A DNA stretch of 64,000 nucleotides. Origin: the human T2T-CHM13v2.0 reference genome, Homo sapiens. The stretch is taken from assembly GCF_009914755.1 (NCBI RefSeq), contig NC_060939.1. One strand, 5' to 3'. A program made the position numbers and the translations under genes. Shown in pieces: positions 1-14,904 of this stretch. Position 1 is the first letter of the stretch. The number at the start of each line of letters is the position of its first letter. The notes below the pieces were generated by a model that saw nothing but the letters and a program-made list of their open reading frames with translations, searched no databases and had not been told where the DNA came from.

Positions 1-118
1 AATCATCCACAGAAAGGAATAATTTCCCCATCCCTGTTCTCAGATTCTGGTCTTTGGCTTAGTGGGACTGGCTGGAGTATTTTGAGGTGGCCGTTTGCAA
101 ATTCTAGTGGTTTTCCAG

Positions 119-314
119 CAGATGCTCTCAAACTTACACAAGGGTCATCTGAAGAGCTTGTTTAAAATGTAGGGTTTTTTTTTTTTTTTTAGCCCAACCC
201 CCAGAGATTCAAAGTCAATCTGTTTGGTGCAGGGCCCGGGAATCTGCATTTTGCCAAATACTTACAGCTGATACTGATGCACGTGGTCCAAGAACCACAC
301 TTTGATAAGCCCTG
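119..314. mobile_element. MER5-family fragment
   Basis: ...GAATCTGCATTTT...GGTCCAAGAACCACACTTTGA, typical of MER5A/B. Confidence 0.6.
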
Positions 315-771
315 GGCTACACAAATAAGAACTTACTCTGTCTTTGCCTGCTGGATTTAAGGCCCATTGGCTGTCTCCATCAGTTTTGCCCCCAAGTTCC
401 ATTGCACAGTCCTAAGCAGTCCCAGATGACCAGTAGTCCATTGCCAAGGTCATGCGGCCTGTCAGCTGACCTCCACAATGGGCTCTGGTATGTTTTCAGC
501 AACAGCCTCCCACCATGACCAAAAGAAAGTCTTAGATAGGTTCTTTGAATACACACATGCTGTAGAGTGATTGGATCTTTCATTAGAGGAACATTTGATT
601 GGCAGTTCATCTTTGAATCACAGAGCGACTTGAGGGTAAGACCCATAGCAAGGAGAGGGCCAGGAGCCAGAGCAATAGTACAGAGAAGCAGAGAGGACGG
701 GCTTGGATCACACCAAGAATCACAGTGATCACCCAGCTGCAGCATGCACGGCTGGCTGCCCAGCCACATAC

Positions 772-804
772 CCAGACTCAGTCCTGCCGCAGTACAGACT
801 TGCA
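772..804 (-). CDS. CA12: CA12 exon 9, 33-nt alternatively spliced juxtamembrane exon (VQVCTAAGLSL-G)
   Basis: ttttaag|TGCAAG ... CTGG|gtatgt; phase 1-1; matches the CA XII segment preceding the TM helix. Confidence 0.94.
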
Positions 805-1012
805 CTTAAAAGGGGAGAGGAAAAGACGAGGTTACTCTAGAGTCAAACCACACTGGATTTGAGCAGCGTGTTGAGAGACGCTCTACCATTTGTTTGGTCT
901 TAGGCTGACAGACCTCTAGGGATGTCCACCCTTGGCTCAGGGATTGCCTGATGAAGTACAGGAAATTGCCCATCTAGGGAATTCATACTGCAATCCCTCC
1001 TTCCGATGCTCC

Positions 1013-1307
1013 TTTTTTTTTTTTTTTTGAGATGGAATCTCGCTCTGCCGCCCAGGCTGGAATGCAGTGGTGCGATCTTGGCTCACTTCAACCTCCGCCT
1101 CCTGGGTTCAAGCAATTCTCTGCCTCAGTCTCCCAAGTAGCTGGGATTACAAGCACCTGCCACCACACCCAGCTAATTTTTGGATTTTTAGTAGAGACAG
1201 GGTTTCACCATCTTGGCCAGGCTGGTCTTGAACTCCTGACCTCATTATCCACCTGCCTTGGCCTTCCAAAGTGTTGGGATTATAGGCGTGAGCCCCTGCG
1301 CCCGGCC
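1013..1307 (-). mobile_element. Alu (S-type)
   Basis: Full dimer; TSD ccgatgctcc. Confidence 0.95.
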
Positions 1308-1359
1308 CCGATGCTCCTTTATCACAACAGTTTCCTGGCTAGGGCAAGACTTCACTTGA

Positions 1360-1674
<315 letters not shown>

Positions 1675-4600
1675 AAGATTTCAGTTTTTAATACAACATG
1701 GCCAAAGAGGAAAGATGAAGAAAGGTAGGGATCAAAGCCTGCTTGGGCAGGCTCCTGTCCATGTCCCTGGTACCTGCCTCACTTCCTAAGCAAGGAATCC
1801 ATCACCAGACTTCTCCCCCAGCCCATCAGCTTGTCATCATGGTTTGGTTCTATTTTTGCTTTGTCCCTCCTGGACAAACGCCTTCACCACATCAGCCCCA
1901 CTTCTCTGCTCCATGGAACCAGGGTATTACGGCTTCAACCAGCAAGTTACTGTTGAGGATAAATAAGGTGAGAGAGAAGTCCTCAGTGTGGCTGAACCCG
2001 TGCCCAGCTACCTAAGTCTCACAGTCAGCCTACTAGCCACCTCCTGGGGGGAAAATCACATGAGAATCCATTGTCTTGAGTGAGCAGAGGATCCCAGTCA
2101 TGAAGTCTCCCCTGAAAACCCTCAGCCTGTTTTTTCCAAGGTTCCCACAGCCATTCCCCATTCTCCTAATCAGGTCCTTTGTCTAAAGAAAGTGTAGATT
2201 TACAGGTACCCTTCTGTCTGGTGGTTTTCTCATCTCAATGGAAACTTCTAGCATGTGTGTGTGTCTTGGAGGAAGAAGGGGTATTTGTTCTAACTCACAC
2301 TGGGAGCCACAGTTGTACAGATGGTGGCCACCCAGCCTGACACAGAAGATCCTGTGCCCATAGAACCCACAGTGGTGGCTGAGGCCCTGGGAGAGCCCTG
2401 GTCAAGTGTAAGATGCCAGCAGGGGGCCAAGGACTCTCCCTTGGGGCCCTTAACAGCCTGGGGAACCAGATCTGAGGCTGCAGGGTGAGGTTTTGCTCAC
2501 TGCCCCTTCTCCTGTCGTATGGCCCAAGTCTAGCTGATTCCCCAGGAGCCATCAGCCGTGTGCTTTTCCGATTGTCTTTTTCTGCAATCTCACATTGAAC
2601 CTGCAGAGCCTCCCTGGTCCAAGGCTGGGCCCTGGGGGTTCCTGGTCTGGCTTCCCCAGGTGGCACCGGGCTGCTGTGAGGGTTAGCAGAGCAGGCAGGG
2701 AGAAGAGCTGTCCCCAAGGACAGGGAAGCCTATTCTCCCTACTCTGCTCACCACCACCAGCTGCTCATGACCTCCCAAGTGGCAGAGTGGCTCCACTGGC
2801 CAGACTCCCTGCCCCAGGCCTCTTCGTGTAACCTGAACACAAGGACCAGCCTGTGGCTTGGGGAGGTACTGAGGACATGAGTCTCCACCTGGAGGGAGCT
2901 TCCAGTGTTTGTACAGCACAAGCTCTGTTTCCTGCAGGGCCTGTGGCCTCTGCACAGTGGAACTTGGTATTAGGGTTGGTTGTTTCTTTTTTAAATGTAA
3001 CCAGAGACCATGGTCCCTGGAATCTTAAAAAAACAAACATAATAAACCTAGCCATGGTTTTTCTTCCCAACCCTTTGATGAAATACACTCTCGTTCTTTG
3101 TTCCTGAAGCTCCAGATGCTTGTGGTGCCAAACCAGTTCTCGCCACCTGAAGACTATTACTAGGAAGCCTTACCACCTGGCTAAGCCATCCAGGCTGGAT
3201 GGTTTCTAAAGTCATCTCTTTCACAGTCACCTCAAACATTCTGAGAGTCACACAGGCCCCAGACCACTGAGCAGCCCAGTCTGTGGCTGGTGGGGGTACC
3301 CTTCATGCCTGGTCTTGGGGAGCTGAGCAAAGTCTATGGAGAGCAAGGCCCCAGCAAGGGTGGGGCTTTTCTCAGGGCCATGCCCTGCGTGGTGGCTTCT
3401 CTGGAGGGAGAGTCTGGCTTCCCCCGGTTATTACGCGGGGTTCCTGTTGGAGGTCCTGTAAGCAACAGCATAGTTGAACCCAGTGCTGTGACCTGGGATC
3501 TTTGCTCCTTGAGGACCACTTGTCAAGGCCTAAATGGACTCTCCTTGGAAACAACGAAATGAGACCAAACAGGCATGAAGACAAAGAAAGGCCCAGAGAC
3601 TGGGACAGATACTTTTCAGCCAAGACTTTGATACAGCAAAAACGAAGCAGCTTGACTGAGCCAACATCATAAGCTGTTAAGGAAGAGGAATGCCGGCGAG
3701 GGTGTCACCCGATAGTTCCACCACCTCAGGAAGCCCAGGGCAGGAAGGTGTTGTTGGAATGCTGTCCCTGCCAATCGAGACAGCACCAACCATCATGGAG
3801 GCTCAGCTTCTTTGCAGAAATGGGCTTGAGTCCCATTGGAGGCAGATGCCAAAACATCTGTTATCTGATGGGAGAGAGAAAGTCAGCGAGACTTTCGGGA
3901 CACAGGGAGAACTGTCAGGGCAACCAGAGAACTAGAGCCTGAGTGCGAAGCCAAAGCCTGTTTCCCAGCAGAGCCTCGGCTGGGTGAGAGCGAAGCCTCT
4001 AGGCACTGTAGAGAACAGGCATCAAAGATGGTACAGGGAGGGGCAGAACTAGAGAAATTCACTTTCAGGTTAAAGAAATGGTTTGTTTCTGAATAGGAAA
4101 GAAGGGAGGCGATTCCCACGGAAGAACAATGGGACAGACAGTAGAAATGGAGACAGGCTAGGTCACAGAGGTGGCCCACGAGAGGCATCGAGTGGCAGCC
4201 CAACAGAAGGAGCTCTGGGGCTGGCTGGTAAGAGGGTGCACACCATGAGGACGTGGGAGAGCCGCCTGTTCACAAAGTGCTCGGGTATGACTCAGGGCGA
4301 GCAGAGAGACGGCAGTGTGACACACACAAGGAAACCACACAGATATAGAAGAACTCGATGGTCACACACCTTGCCCAGGAAGGTACAGACACCCGGAGAA
4401 GGTCGGTGAGCTGCTTGCCACAAGGGCCTTGCTACCTGTTCTGGCAGGCCCAGGAGCTGCGTCTTCCACCGGCATCTTGCTGGACTGAGGGATGCTGGTT
4501 AAGGGCTTTTGAGGTCTTCTGAAGCCTCAAGCATAAACACAGAAGAGTCCAGCACGAGGAACAAGCACCTCACTTTCACATCTGGAGGTTCCTGGAACAA

Positions 4601-6856
4601 CAGTCTAGTATTTTCTAGCTCTATTTACGATTCTGTTTGACTGTGGACTATAATCCTTTTCAAGTATTATTTTAAAGTACACACTGTTTACATAGATGGC
4701 ATGTTACGTAGCGATATCCTTAGCCGTCTCCAGCCTTGTAAAAGAGGTCAGAGAGTTTAGATTTATCAGGGGTTTGATAGTTTAAATACACAAAATCTGT
4801 TAGGAAGGTAAAAAGCCCCTTATTATTACACCTAATAAAAAATCAGAGAGTCAAGAAACTGCAAATCCAGTGCTATCTTCAGATGATGCTTTGCCAAGAC
4901 AAGGAAGATGCCCTCACCACAGAGTGGAGCCATCTTCAGAGGACATATTTAACTGCGGAGTTTTCCTTATGAACGCTATGCAACCCAAAACAAGAATTGT
5001 TACAAAGAAATCTGCCAACAAGATAGTACCAGATTACATGGGGGAACTGGTTTTATACAGCTATGATGGGACTGAGGGCTTTGCCTGTAGATTACAGGAA
5101 TGCAGCCCCTGCAGACAGCACGTTGCTCTGAAGGGCCTAAATCCCAGAGCCTCAGGGGCAGGTTACAATGCTGGCACTTGGTGCTTGGCACTCTAAGCTG
5201 TCTTCACTGTCCCTGGGGAAAGAATGGGTGGTGGGACGGGGGCCTTTGATCCCTATCAAGCCAGAGCTACAGAAGGCACAACAGCATCTCTAGGCAACTT
5301 CCTCCCAGACCTTCAAAACTGACAGCTAAGTTCTGATCGTTAATCTCTCTTAAACAAATGGTTGATTTTTAACATTGTTAGCAAATGGAGACCACAGAAA
5401 AACAAGACAATAAAACGAAAAGGTGACAACTGGCCAGGCTTATGTGTAAATCATTCTGCAGAGAAGACACTGAGGAGGGGAGGGAACTGGAGATGGGTCA
5501 GGGACATTCTTTCAACAAGCTTATATTGAGCACCAGGCACCATGCCAGGCATAAAAATGAGTAACACGTCAGTCATCCCTGGCCTTAAGGAGCTTGTAGT
5601 ATGTGTATAATATGTACGTATTGTTCTTTTTCTATTCGTCTTTGCTGTGGGGTAATAATTACTCTATGGTGTGTCAAGTAACATAACAGAGATGGAGACG
5701 TGGTTCTGGCTGCACTGAGGGAGATTAAGTCACCTTTAGAGGGATGGGGAGGACTTCCAGGAGGACGTGATTAGAGTTGGGTCTTGAAAGAATTTTCCAG
5801 ATGGAGGAGGGAGGGGGCATCCCAGACATCAAGTGTGTGTACTTGAAAGCATCTGCCCTACAGTTTTGGGGGCTGAGGCTAAGAGGGCAGGGATGGGGCT
5901 GTGGGGAGATGATGTGGAAGGATCGGCTAGGGCCCCATCACCAAGGGTGGGTCCAGCCGTCTGCCCAGCCCCTTTTCCCATTGTCTTTCCTGAACATAGT
6001 CTGCCCTGTGCCACGGGCTGTGTTTAAGAGCAAGATGACACCCACCATGGGGTTTTCTGTCCCCCATAGCGCATAACTCGGACTGTGCTCGGGAAACATG
6101 TGGTGTGTGAAAGGCACTAGGACCTCACTTCTTAGCACCTTGGACCAATGCTCCTGACTGTTCGGCCTCTGACCCAGACCAGCGACTGAAGGTGGAAATG
6201 ATGCTGGCTAATCATTTGGATCCTTTGGGAGAATCGATGATATTCTTTCAGCTAATAGCTTTTACTTATAAATGGAAACTTTAAGAAATACAAGGTCAAT
6301 AATGATAACACATGCATTCTAGCCTCAAAAAATTAGATAATTAGCCATCTTAGCCATGTCTGATTTCCTTCTCCCTCCTTTTAAGGTTTCATAAAATTGC
6401 CCAGGTCTAGGCTTAAGCAGATCCTAATTGCAGGACTATAGATTTGCCCTTGCGGTTTGCTGCCTGGCACCCTTGTCTGAGTGTGCCATAGCTGCTCTGG
6501 TGGGTGACATGCAGTTGCTTAGAGCAAGCCCACTAATGATGTGATTATAGAAACTTCTTGGCTTCCTTTTGTCCCTCAAGTTTCCATGGCCCTGACATGT
6601 TGAGCACAGGGCTAGATGGTGTTAGCATTTTTGTCTGATGGGCTCTTGCTTCATTACCCAGCATCTGGGCCCAGTGTTGGTGCCACTGGCTAGGAGGAGG
6701 TGAACTCAAAGGAACCAAGAACCAGGCCAAAGCCCTAAGCCTGAGCCCCTGTGATGTCCCCCTGCCTCTGCCGTCTTTCCCCTTTCCCACTAAGAGCACC
6801 TGACTTGAAACCCGAACTGGCCTGAGGACGTGTCCCCTCCCAGGGGCCCACCTTGA

Positions 6857-7259
<403 letters not shown>

Positions 7260-7713
7260 TGACTTTCACTTTTCCATAAAGAGTGGACGTTTTAACTAAA
7301 GGCAACAAGAAACATAACATACAAGAGAGAAAAACTCATACAAAAGGGAGAGAGAAAAAGAATAAAGGGGGGATCCTGAAGAAGTTGCTACTTCAGAGGC
7401 ATCTGCACCCCTGATAAAGGATTTGTACACTCCTAAGGGTGCACAGTTCTCTCTCACGCTACGTCTCTTGGTCTTACCCAATCATATAAAAAAGAATCTA
7501 TACTTGAATTCTAAAGGAAGATGGGGAACAAGGTCTCTCTTGGGTTGGTTTGTTCTGCCTCAGTAACTTCAGCCTTACTGTTTCAGGGATAACCATCATC
7601 ACACTGAAATGTTCATGCCATAAAACAATGAAGACCAGGGCATGTGATATAAAACTCCAGACTCCTATGACATCAGTGAAAACAATGAGTTCTGGGCCGC
7701 AGAAACCCTGGGG

Positions 7714-7927
7714 CAGTGGTTTTCCATCAGGGGAAAACTTGCCCCTCCTGCCTGCACAGAGTTGGCAATGTCTGGAAACAGTTTTGCCTGTTAAAACTGG
7801 GGAGGGGCAACTGGCATCTACTGGGTAGAGACCAACGGTGCTGCCAATGCTACAACACACAGGACACCCCCCACTGTAAGAATTATCCTGCCTAAGTTGT
7901 CAGTAGTGCTAAGGTTGAGAAACTCTG
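7714..7927 (+). mobile_element. MER20 (hAT-Charlie)
   Basis: CAGTGGTT... TTGGCAATGTCTGGAAACAGTTTT ...GGTTGAGAAACTCTG; ~215 bp. Confidence 0.75.
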
Positions 7928-8111
7928 CCCCCAGGCTAAGGTGTAGCTGGACTATAAACCTCTTAAGGACAGAAATCAGGTCCTGTACCCCTTTTCTAAG
8001 CACAGTTGAGGAAAATAGCAGGGTTAAGTTAAATGATTCGGTCCAAATTGTCCCAACCTGGCTAAACTTCAGATCCTTCCCCAAAGTCCATGTACTTTCT
8101 CTCATAGGGAA

Positions 8112-8291
8112 TTTTTTTTTAATTTTTAAATTTTAATTATTTAAGAGACAGGGTCTCACTCTGTCACCCAAGCTGGAGTGCAGTGGTGTGATCATGGCTC
8201 ACTGCAGCCTCAAACTCTTGGGCTAATGTGATCCTCCCACCTCAGCCTCCCAAAGTGCTGGGATTACAAGCATGAGCCACCACACCCGGCC
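8112..8291 (-). mobile_element. Alu monomer (FRAM/AluJ-like)
   Basis: Single-arm Alu with AT-rich tail. Confidence 0.8.
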
Positions 8292-9169
8292 ATCCTAGAT
8301 GATTTTTTAAACATCACTTTTCTCCTGGCAGAATTTTCTGACTCTGTAGTTCTTGTTAACTTCCAGAGAAAGCCCTGAGTAAGCCAGACCCTAATTACAA
8401 ACATGCCTCAGTGGATGAGGCTACAATTTGAGTCCAAACTGCTCAAGGTTCACACTGACAAAGTCTCACACCGTAAACCTGAAACATCATGTTACAGTCT
8501 GAGGCCTGCTCCGAGCTGGGTAAGAAAGGCCTCGTGAATGCAGCCCCCTGGGCAGATGAGGTTTGGGCCTTCACCCCTTTGGGACTGCCTCCTCATTGCT
8601 CCTTGGGAAGCAGCCGCACTTGCTGCCTGTGTCTTTGGGAAGTGAAAGGGAGGGGAGGAGAATTCTGGCCAAGCTTCTATAATCAGCCTCCAGATGGACA
8701 GGTTTTCCTTGGACTGCCACAGAGTCTCACTCAGAGGAGAAAGCTGGTCCCAACCTGGGCTTGTGGAAGCACCAGCTCTGGGCAAACCGTGGAGGAAGAG
8801 CAGTGGCAACGCTGCATTTGGGCTTTGATCTTGACGTCCTAAGCTGGGAGATGGTCTCCAGACTTCTGCTTAGAGGCCCCTCAAGCTCCCCTATCCAGAC
8901 TGGGAGAATCTACTGAAGCGCTTGGCTAAAAACCTGCCTACGCTGCCCCACTACAAGCAGCTGCTTAGACACAAGCCGGTCTAAGAAGATGGCTAATTAT
9001 CCCCAATGCCATAGTCCATCGTTACAAGCGGGGGTTACTTTTGGATGTCAGAGTCAAGCTCCTGCCCGGTTTCTTCTGATCCTCTGTAACTGCCCTCAAA
9101 CACTGTCCCTGCAATGTAAAGTCAGGATTGGCAGTTGTTAGTGTCCACTTAACCATCACAACATATTAG

Positions 9170-9369
<200 letters not shown>

Positions 9370-10100
9370 TGAGGAAACCAAGGCCAAAGAAGGGACACGA
9401 TTTGTCCACAGCCTGCAGCCAGGAGGAAGCAAAGCCAGGCCTTGAACCTAGGCCTCCTGACTGTAAGGAGAATATGTGCCACCCCTTCCCTGGGTGTGCA
9501 TAGGTGAGCTCAGAGAACAGAGCCGGCAATGGGGTCCTGGGATCGCGAGCAAAATTCTATCTGATCTATGTGGGCAAAGTTCCTAATCTCCTGGCAGAGT
9601 TTTTATGTTTTTGGTTTTAAGAGTTGAAGTAGTTCCATTTAACCCTTGGATACTACATTCTCCACTTAGAAGAATGAGAAAAGACAGCGTTGTATCCATA
9701 ACAGATACATTCCATGCACTCAGTTCATTTCCTAGAAAAGAAACTGTTAGTTATCATCACATGGATTTTGAATTTTCAGGAAGGCTACTGTTCACAGATT
9801 CTGTTTTCCAACTGAGAAACTGAGGAAAGAGGGAAATGATCTTAATTAGTTGTACCTGGAGAGGAGAAAACACAAAAGACAAATTCTTGGGCAGTTCTTC
9901 ATGAAAAGACAGAGAATGATGTAATCCTGACCGTAAGGATGGGTCAGTTTCTAAAGCTTCCTGGAAAGGGCCTTCAAATACAGTCTCCATATGTTCAACT
10001 AAGTTTAGGAGGTGATCGTTATAACCTCATATAATAAGAAAGGAACCCAAAAAAGTGCACCAGGTGAGACGAGGAGAGCAGATTCTGACAAGTGGGTTAA

Positions 10101-10521
<421 letters not shown>

Positions 10522-11480
10522 AACGGGTTATCTTTAAATATGAACGCCAGGCCCGGTTTGGTCCACACGTGATGCTGGGGATGAAATGGAACTGCACAGA
10601 CCAGCCATGAAGATTCCCAAGCTGGGAAGCAGTCGAGAATCTACAGTAAGAAAGTGAGCTTGAAAGTGAACTCAGAGGTCTGAAGAGGGGTGTGGGCCCC
10701 AAAAGTGCTCCCTCACCCCTTTCCCCTGATGCCCAGTTTCCAGCAGTGTTGATGTAGGCACTGAGCAAGGAAAACGGTTAATGTTCTACTGGGGAGTTAT
10801 TGGTTACAGCTGTGAAAGGGAGACCCGAGCCCTTGTAGCATTAGGAAGAAACCAAGCTATTAAGTTTTGTTCAATTGGGAACTTATGTGCTTGTGCTTAT
10901 GCAAGCTCCAAGGAGGTTAGACAAAAATGCAGTGCACAAGGGTGCTTCCTTGCCTAACAGGCCCTGCTACATTAGACATGGTTGTGGGTTACACTCACTG
11001 TTTTACATCTAACATAGGAACATTCTTGCTCATTTGGTGGTGGTGCATGAATCACCTGGCCAGGCCTAAGATAGGCTGGCTGCAGCCTTTGATGCCAAGA
11101 AAGCCTAGGGAGGGAAGTTAGAAGTCTGATCTCATGGAAAGGGTCCTATCCTGTGTCTTAGAGAAGGGATCATTGTCTGGAACAGAGAAGTCCCCAGGGA
11201 ATTCTCTCTTACCCATCTGTGCAAGACTCCCAGGCTTAAAGAGTGCTCTGGTCCATGTGCCTGGGGGCCTCGGCTTTTTGCTTCTCTGCAAAGACTCACT
11301 GAAGGGGGGACCCCAGTGAGCCCCACACCTAGTCTCACAAGGCGCCTGGTTCCCGTGGCAGCCAGGGAGCTCTCAGCCAACTTCTTGAGGGCATCAGTGC
11401 CAGAGCTGCATTCACAGAAGATCCCAATGTCTTGGCACCACACTCCCGCACCCCCTCCCCCCAGCACTGCCTCTCCTCAC

Positions 11481-11607
11481 CTTGGGAGAAGGAGGTGTAT
11501 ACCAGCCTCTCATCGAACTTCTGGACCTGCCGGAAGTTGTTGATCATTTCTCTGGGGGAAGGGTCGTCCATGTGTGTGCAGTACAGGGCTGTCTCCAAAG
11601 CCAGCAG
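11481..11607 (-). CDS. CA12: CA12 exon 8 ([42 protein letters not shown])
   Basis: cag|CTGCTG ... CAAG|gtgagg; 127 nt; N-F-R-x-x-Q motif at the end of the catalytic domain. Confidence 0.97.
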
Positions 11608-12872
11608 CTGAGGGCAAGAGCAGAAATAGCCCGCAGGCAGAATGACCTCCTCACCTGATCCCCTGGGAAGAGGCTAGCTCTCCGCTCTTGCACCTGGGAG
11701 AAGCCTCTGGAACCAGCTTCTGTGGGGCCGGGTGGGAGATATTAGAAAGCAGAGGGAAAGCCACAGAACTGCTTCCCTCCACAGTGGGTGAGTGGGAGCT
11801 GGGCAGCGCTGGGTTTATCTTCCCAGCACCCGAGACTTCAGGGAAAGGCAGTGCTGTTAGTTTCCAATTATACCTGGAATCTGCCCTGCGTGGAGGGAAA
11901 CCTGGGGTGATGGAGTGCTCCTTAACCTCCCACAGAGACTGAGTTCCTCTCATGAACTTAAATTAGAGGCCAGCTCTCAACCAGAGGGTCGCAGGGCTTG
12001 TTCTGATGGTCATATCAGAAGGAATAAAGGAGGGAGTTAAGAGTTTCACAGGCCATCTGATTGCGGGTTCCATGGCATTTTCATGCACCTGCATAGATTA
12101 TATAACCCTTTCCCAAGGCAGTTTCTGAGGTAGGATGTTGCTGCTTCCCCACATGTTTCATCCATCTCTTGGTTCATCATGTCCTCATTCCTGTCCACCC
12201 ACCTGCTGCCATTTACCAGGTGACTCAGAGCAGAAGCTTACTGTAAAGAGGAGCAGCTGTGAGGCTGCCCTGGACGCATGAAGCTGGCGTGGGGCTGTGA
12301 GCCAGGGTGTAGTGCTGGCCCCAGCCCCGTCTCCTGGGGAGCCATTTTTCTTCTCATGAATTTAGGCTGTGGAGGACAGGTATGAGCAGTGACATGGAAC
12401 TCAGATGACCTAACTTTGGGTCTCAGCTTTGTCACTAACCCGCGGGTGATCCCACAGACTTCTACTCTTCTCTCTCATCTCCTATCAAATAAGAAGCTTT
12501 AGAGGTGATGGCTAAGGATTTTGTTCCCCAGTTTGCACTAGACCTTGAGCTTCTTGGGGGCAGGGACCCTCACTTAGTCATTGCTGCAATCCCATCTCTT
12601 AAATGATTTCATCTGATCCTGTCTTTATTCTGCCCTGTAAAGGAACCAGGCTCTCTCCTGCCTGGGAAGTGAATACCACCCAGCCACTGAGGATATATTA
12701 GCAAATGCAGATTTAGAGCTCTTTTTTTTAAAAAAGAACTAGGAGACATCTATTCATTTGCCTAGCTTGACTTCTTTTGAAGCTCAGCCTGGAATTTCTG
12801 CGGTGCTTTCAGACACCTGTGATATTTGGAGAGGTTTTGAAGAGCTGCCAATGAAACTAAATGAGGAAATCA

Positions 12873-13187
<315 letters not shown>

Positions 13188-13382
13188 CTAGAAACATGAA
13201 CTAGCCCCTTTCAGGGTCATCTAACCCCAGGACCTGGTTGCAACATTGTTCAACAACCTGCTGCTCTTAACCTGGTGAACACAGACAGCACCTGCCCCTT
13301 GTGTTTGCTTTTCTTAAAGTCACACAGGGCTGACTACCTCCTTCTCCAGCAGAGAGTGAATATGCATGCAAGGACCCCTCAC

Positions 13383-13446
13383 CTTTGTACTTTACATGTT
13401 GAAGGTGACTGAAGATCTTGTCATAGGACGGATTGAAGGAGCCCAT
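13383..13446 (-). CDS. CA12: CA12 exon 6 ([22 protein letters not shown])
   Basis: gcag|ATGGGC ... AAAG|gtgagg; 64 nt; keeps frame between exons 5 and 7. Confidence 0.96.
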
Positions 13447-13922
13447 CTGCAACAGAGACAGGGCAGGTTAAACTGGGACAGAACAGGATAGGCTGAGCCA
13501 GGATTGACGATTGCTATCAGAAGGGCAAAGCTGTGGGTATGTTGCCACCACTGCCTGAAGGATCCACTTTACTGGACAATTATGATGGATCACTAGGCTC
13601 TTGGGAGTTAGTGTAATGGTCCTGCCTCTTGCATCTCAGGACGTCCTGTTTTCAGCTTAAGGAGTTGGGCTTGAATGTCCTGGGGCATAGGGTACCGTGT
13701 GTGCTCTTGATGATCCAGATATGAGCCTGAAGGCTTTGACTAACATCCATGTCACACAGAACTTAAGGAGCTCTGAGTTCACAAAAGCCACGTCAGACAA
13801 ATGAGCATGTTGGGAAATGAGGTACATACAGCCTCATTAGGAAAAAAAAACATGCAAGCCAATCAGAAGACATTCCTCTATCTTGGGATAAAAAAAGAAT
13901 TCATTCCAGGGTACATATAGAG

Positions 13923-14268
13923 CAGGGGTGCCCAGCCCCCAGGCTGTGGACCAGTACCGGTCTGTGGCCTGTTAGGAACTGGGCCGCACAGCAGGAGGTG
14001 AGCAGCGGGCAAGCAAGCATTACAGCCTGAGCTCCGCCCCCTGTCAAATCAGCAGAGGCCTCCCATTCTCATAGGAGCACAAGCCCTATTGTGAACTGCG
14101 CATGCAAGGGATCTAGGCTGTGTATTCCTTACGGAATCTAACTAATGCTTGATGATCTGAGGTGGAACAGTTTCATCCCAAAACCATCTCCCTCCCTGGT
14201 CCATGGTCCGTGGAAAAATTGTCTTCTATGAAACTGGTCCCTGGTGCCAAAAAGGTTGGGGACCACTG
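13923..14268 (+). mobile_element. MER1B (hAT-Charlie non-autonomous DNA transposon)
   Basis: TIRs CAGGGGTGCCCAGCC / GGTTGGGGACCACTG; 8-bp TSD atatagag/atctagag; ~345 bp. Confidence 0.85.
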
Positions 14269-14652
14269 ATCTAGAGGTCCCTTGGATCTAGAGGAGCTTG
14301 GATGGCAGGAGTTGTATCAAGAGTTCAGGCATCTGATGGGGCAGATGGAGTTTGATGATCCCTTTCCAGCACAGGTCCTCCCCAACTGGGCAATTCCATG
14401 CCTTATGCAACAGGGCTAGATGTTGGGGCCCGTTTTTCCAACGGACCAAAGAACATTCCCCATTTCTGCTGCCCAGGCACAGAAAGTGCTGCCTCCAGGC
14501 CAAGAGAGAAGGTGCACTACAGGAGGATACCCCCTGCTCTGGAGTTGACACGGAGTCGATACAGGAACAGCTGATTATCAACAGGTATGCATGGAACAAA
14601 AGGTGGAATCCCAATCTCATCCCTGCTTCAAATTTCACCTAAGAACCTTTTA

Positions 14653-14784
<132 letters not shown>

Positions 14785-14904
14785 TTAGGAGATAAGCGAC
14801 TCATGGGAGCCTGTCGCTTCTGCAGAAGACTTGACTCCAACTGTGAGGACAGAACCCCAGCCCCCTCATCCCCCCAGACTAGGTTAGGTCTCTCAGACCC
14901 TCCC

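Noticed and set aside
447-472. AGGTCA...TGACCT inverted half-sites
   Set aside because: Spacing is 14 bp, not the 3 bp of an ERE.
11335-11480. Read-through of exon 8 into intron 8 (~48 codons), and similar short read-throughs at exons 4 and 6
   Set aside because: Strong consensus donors, and the lengths are unremarkable for GC-rich introns.
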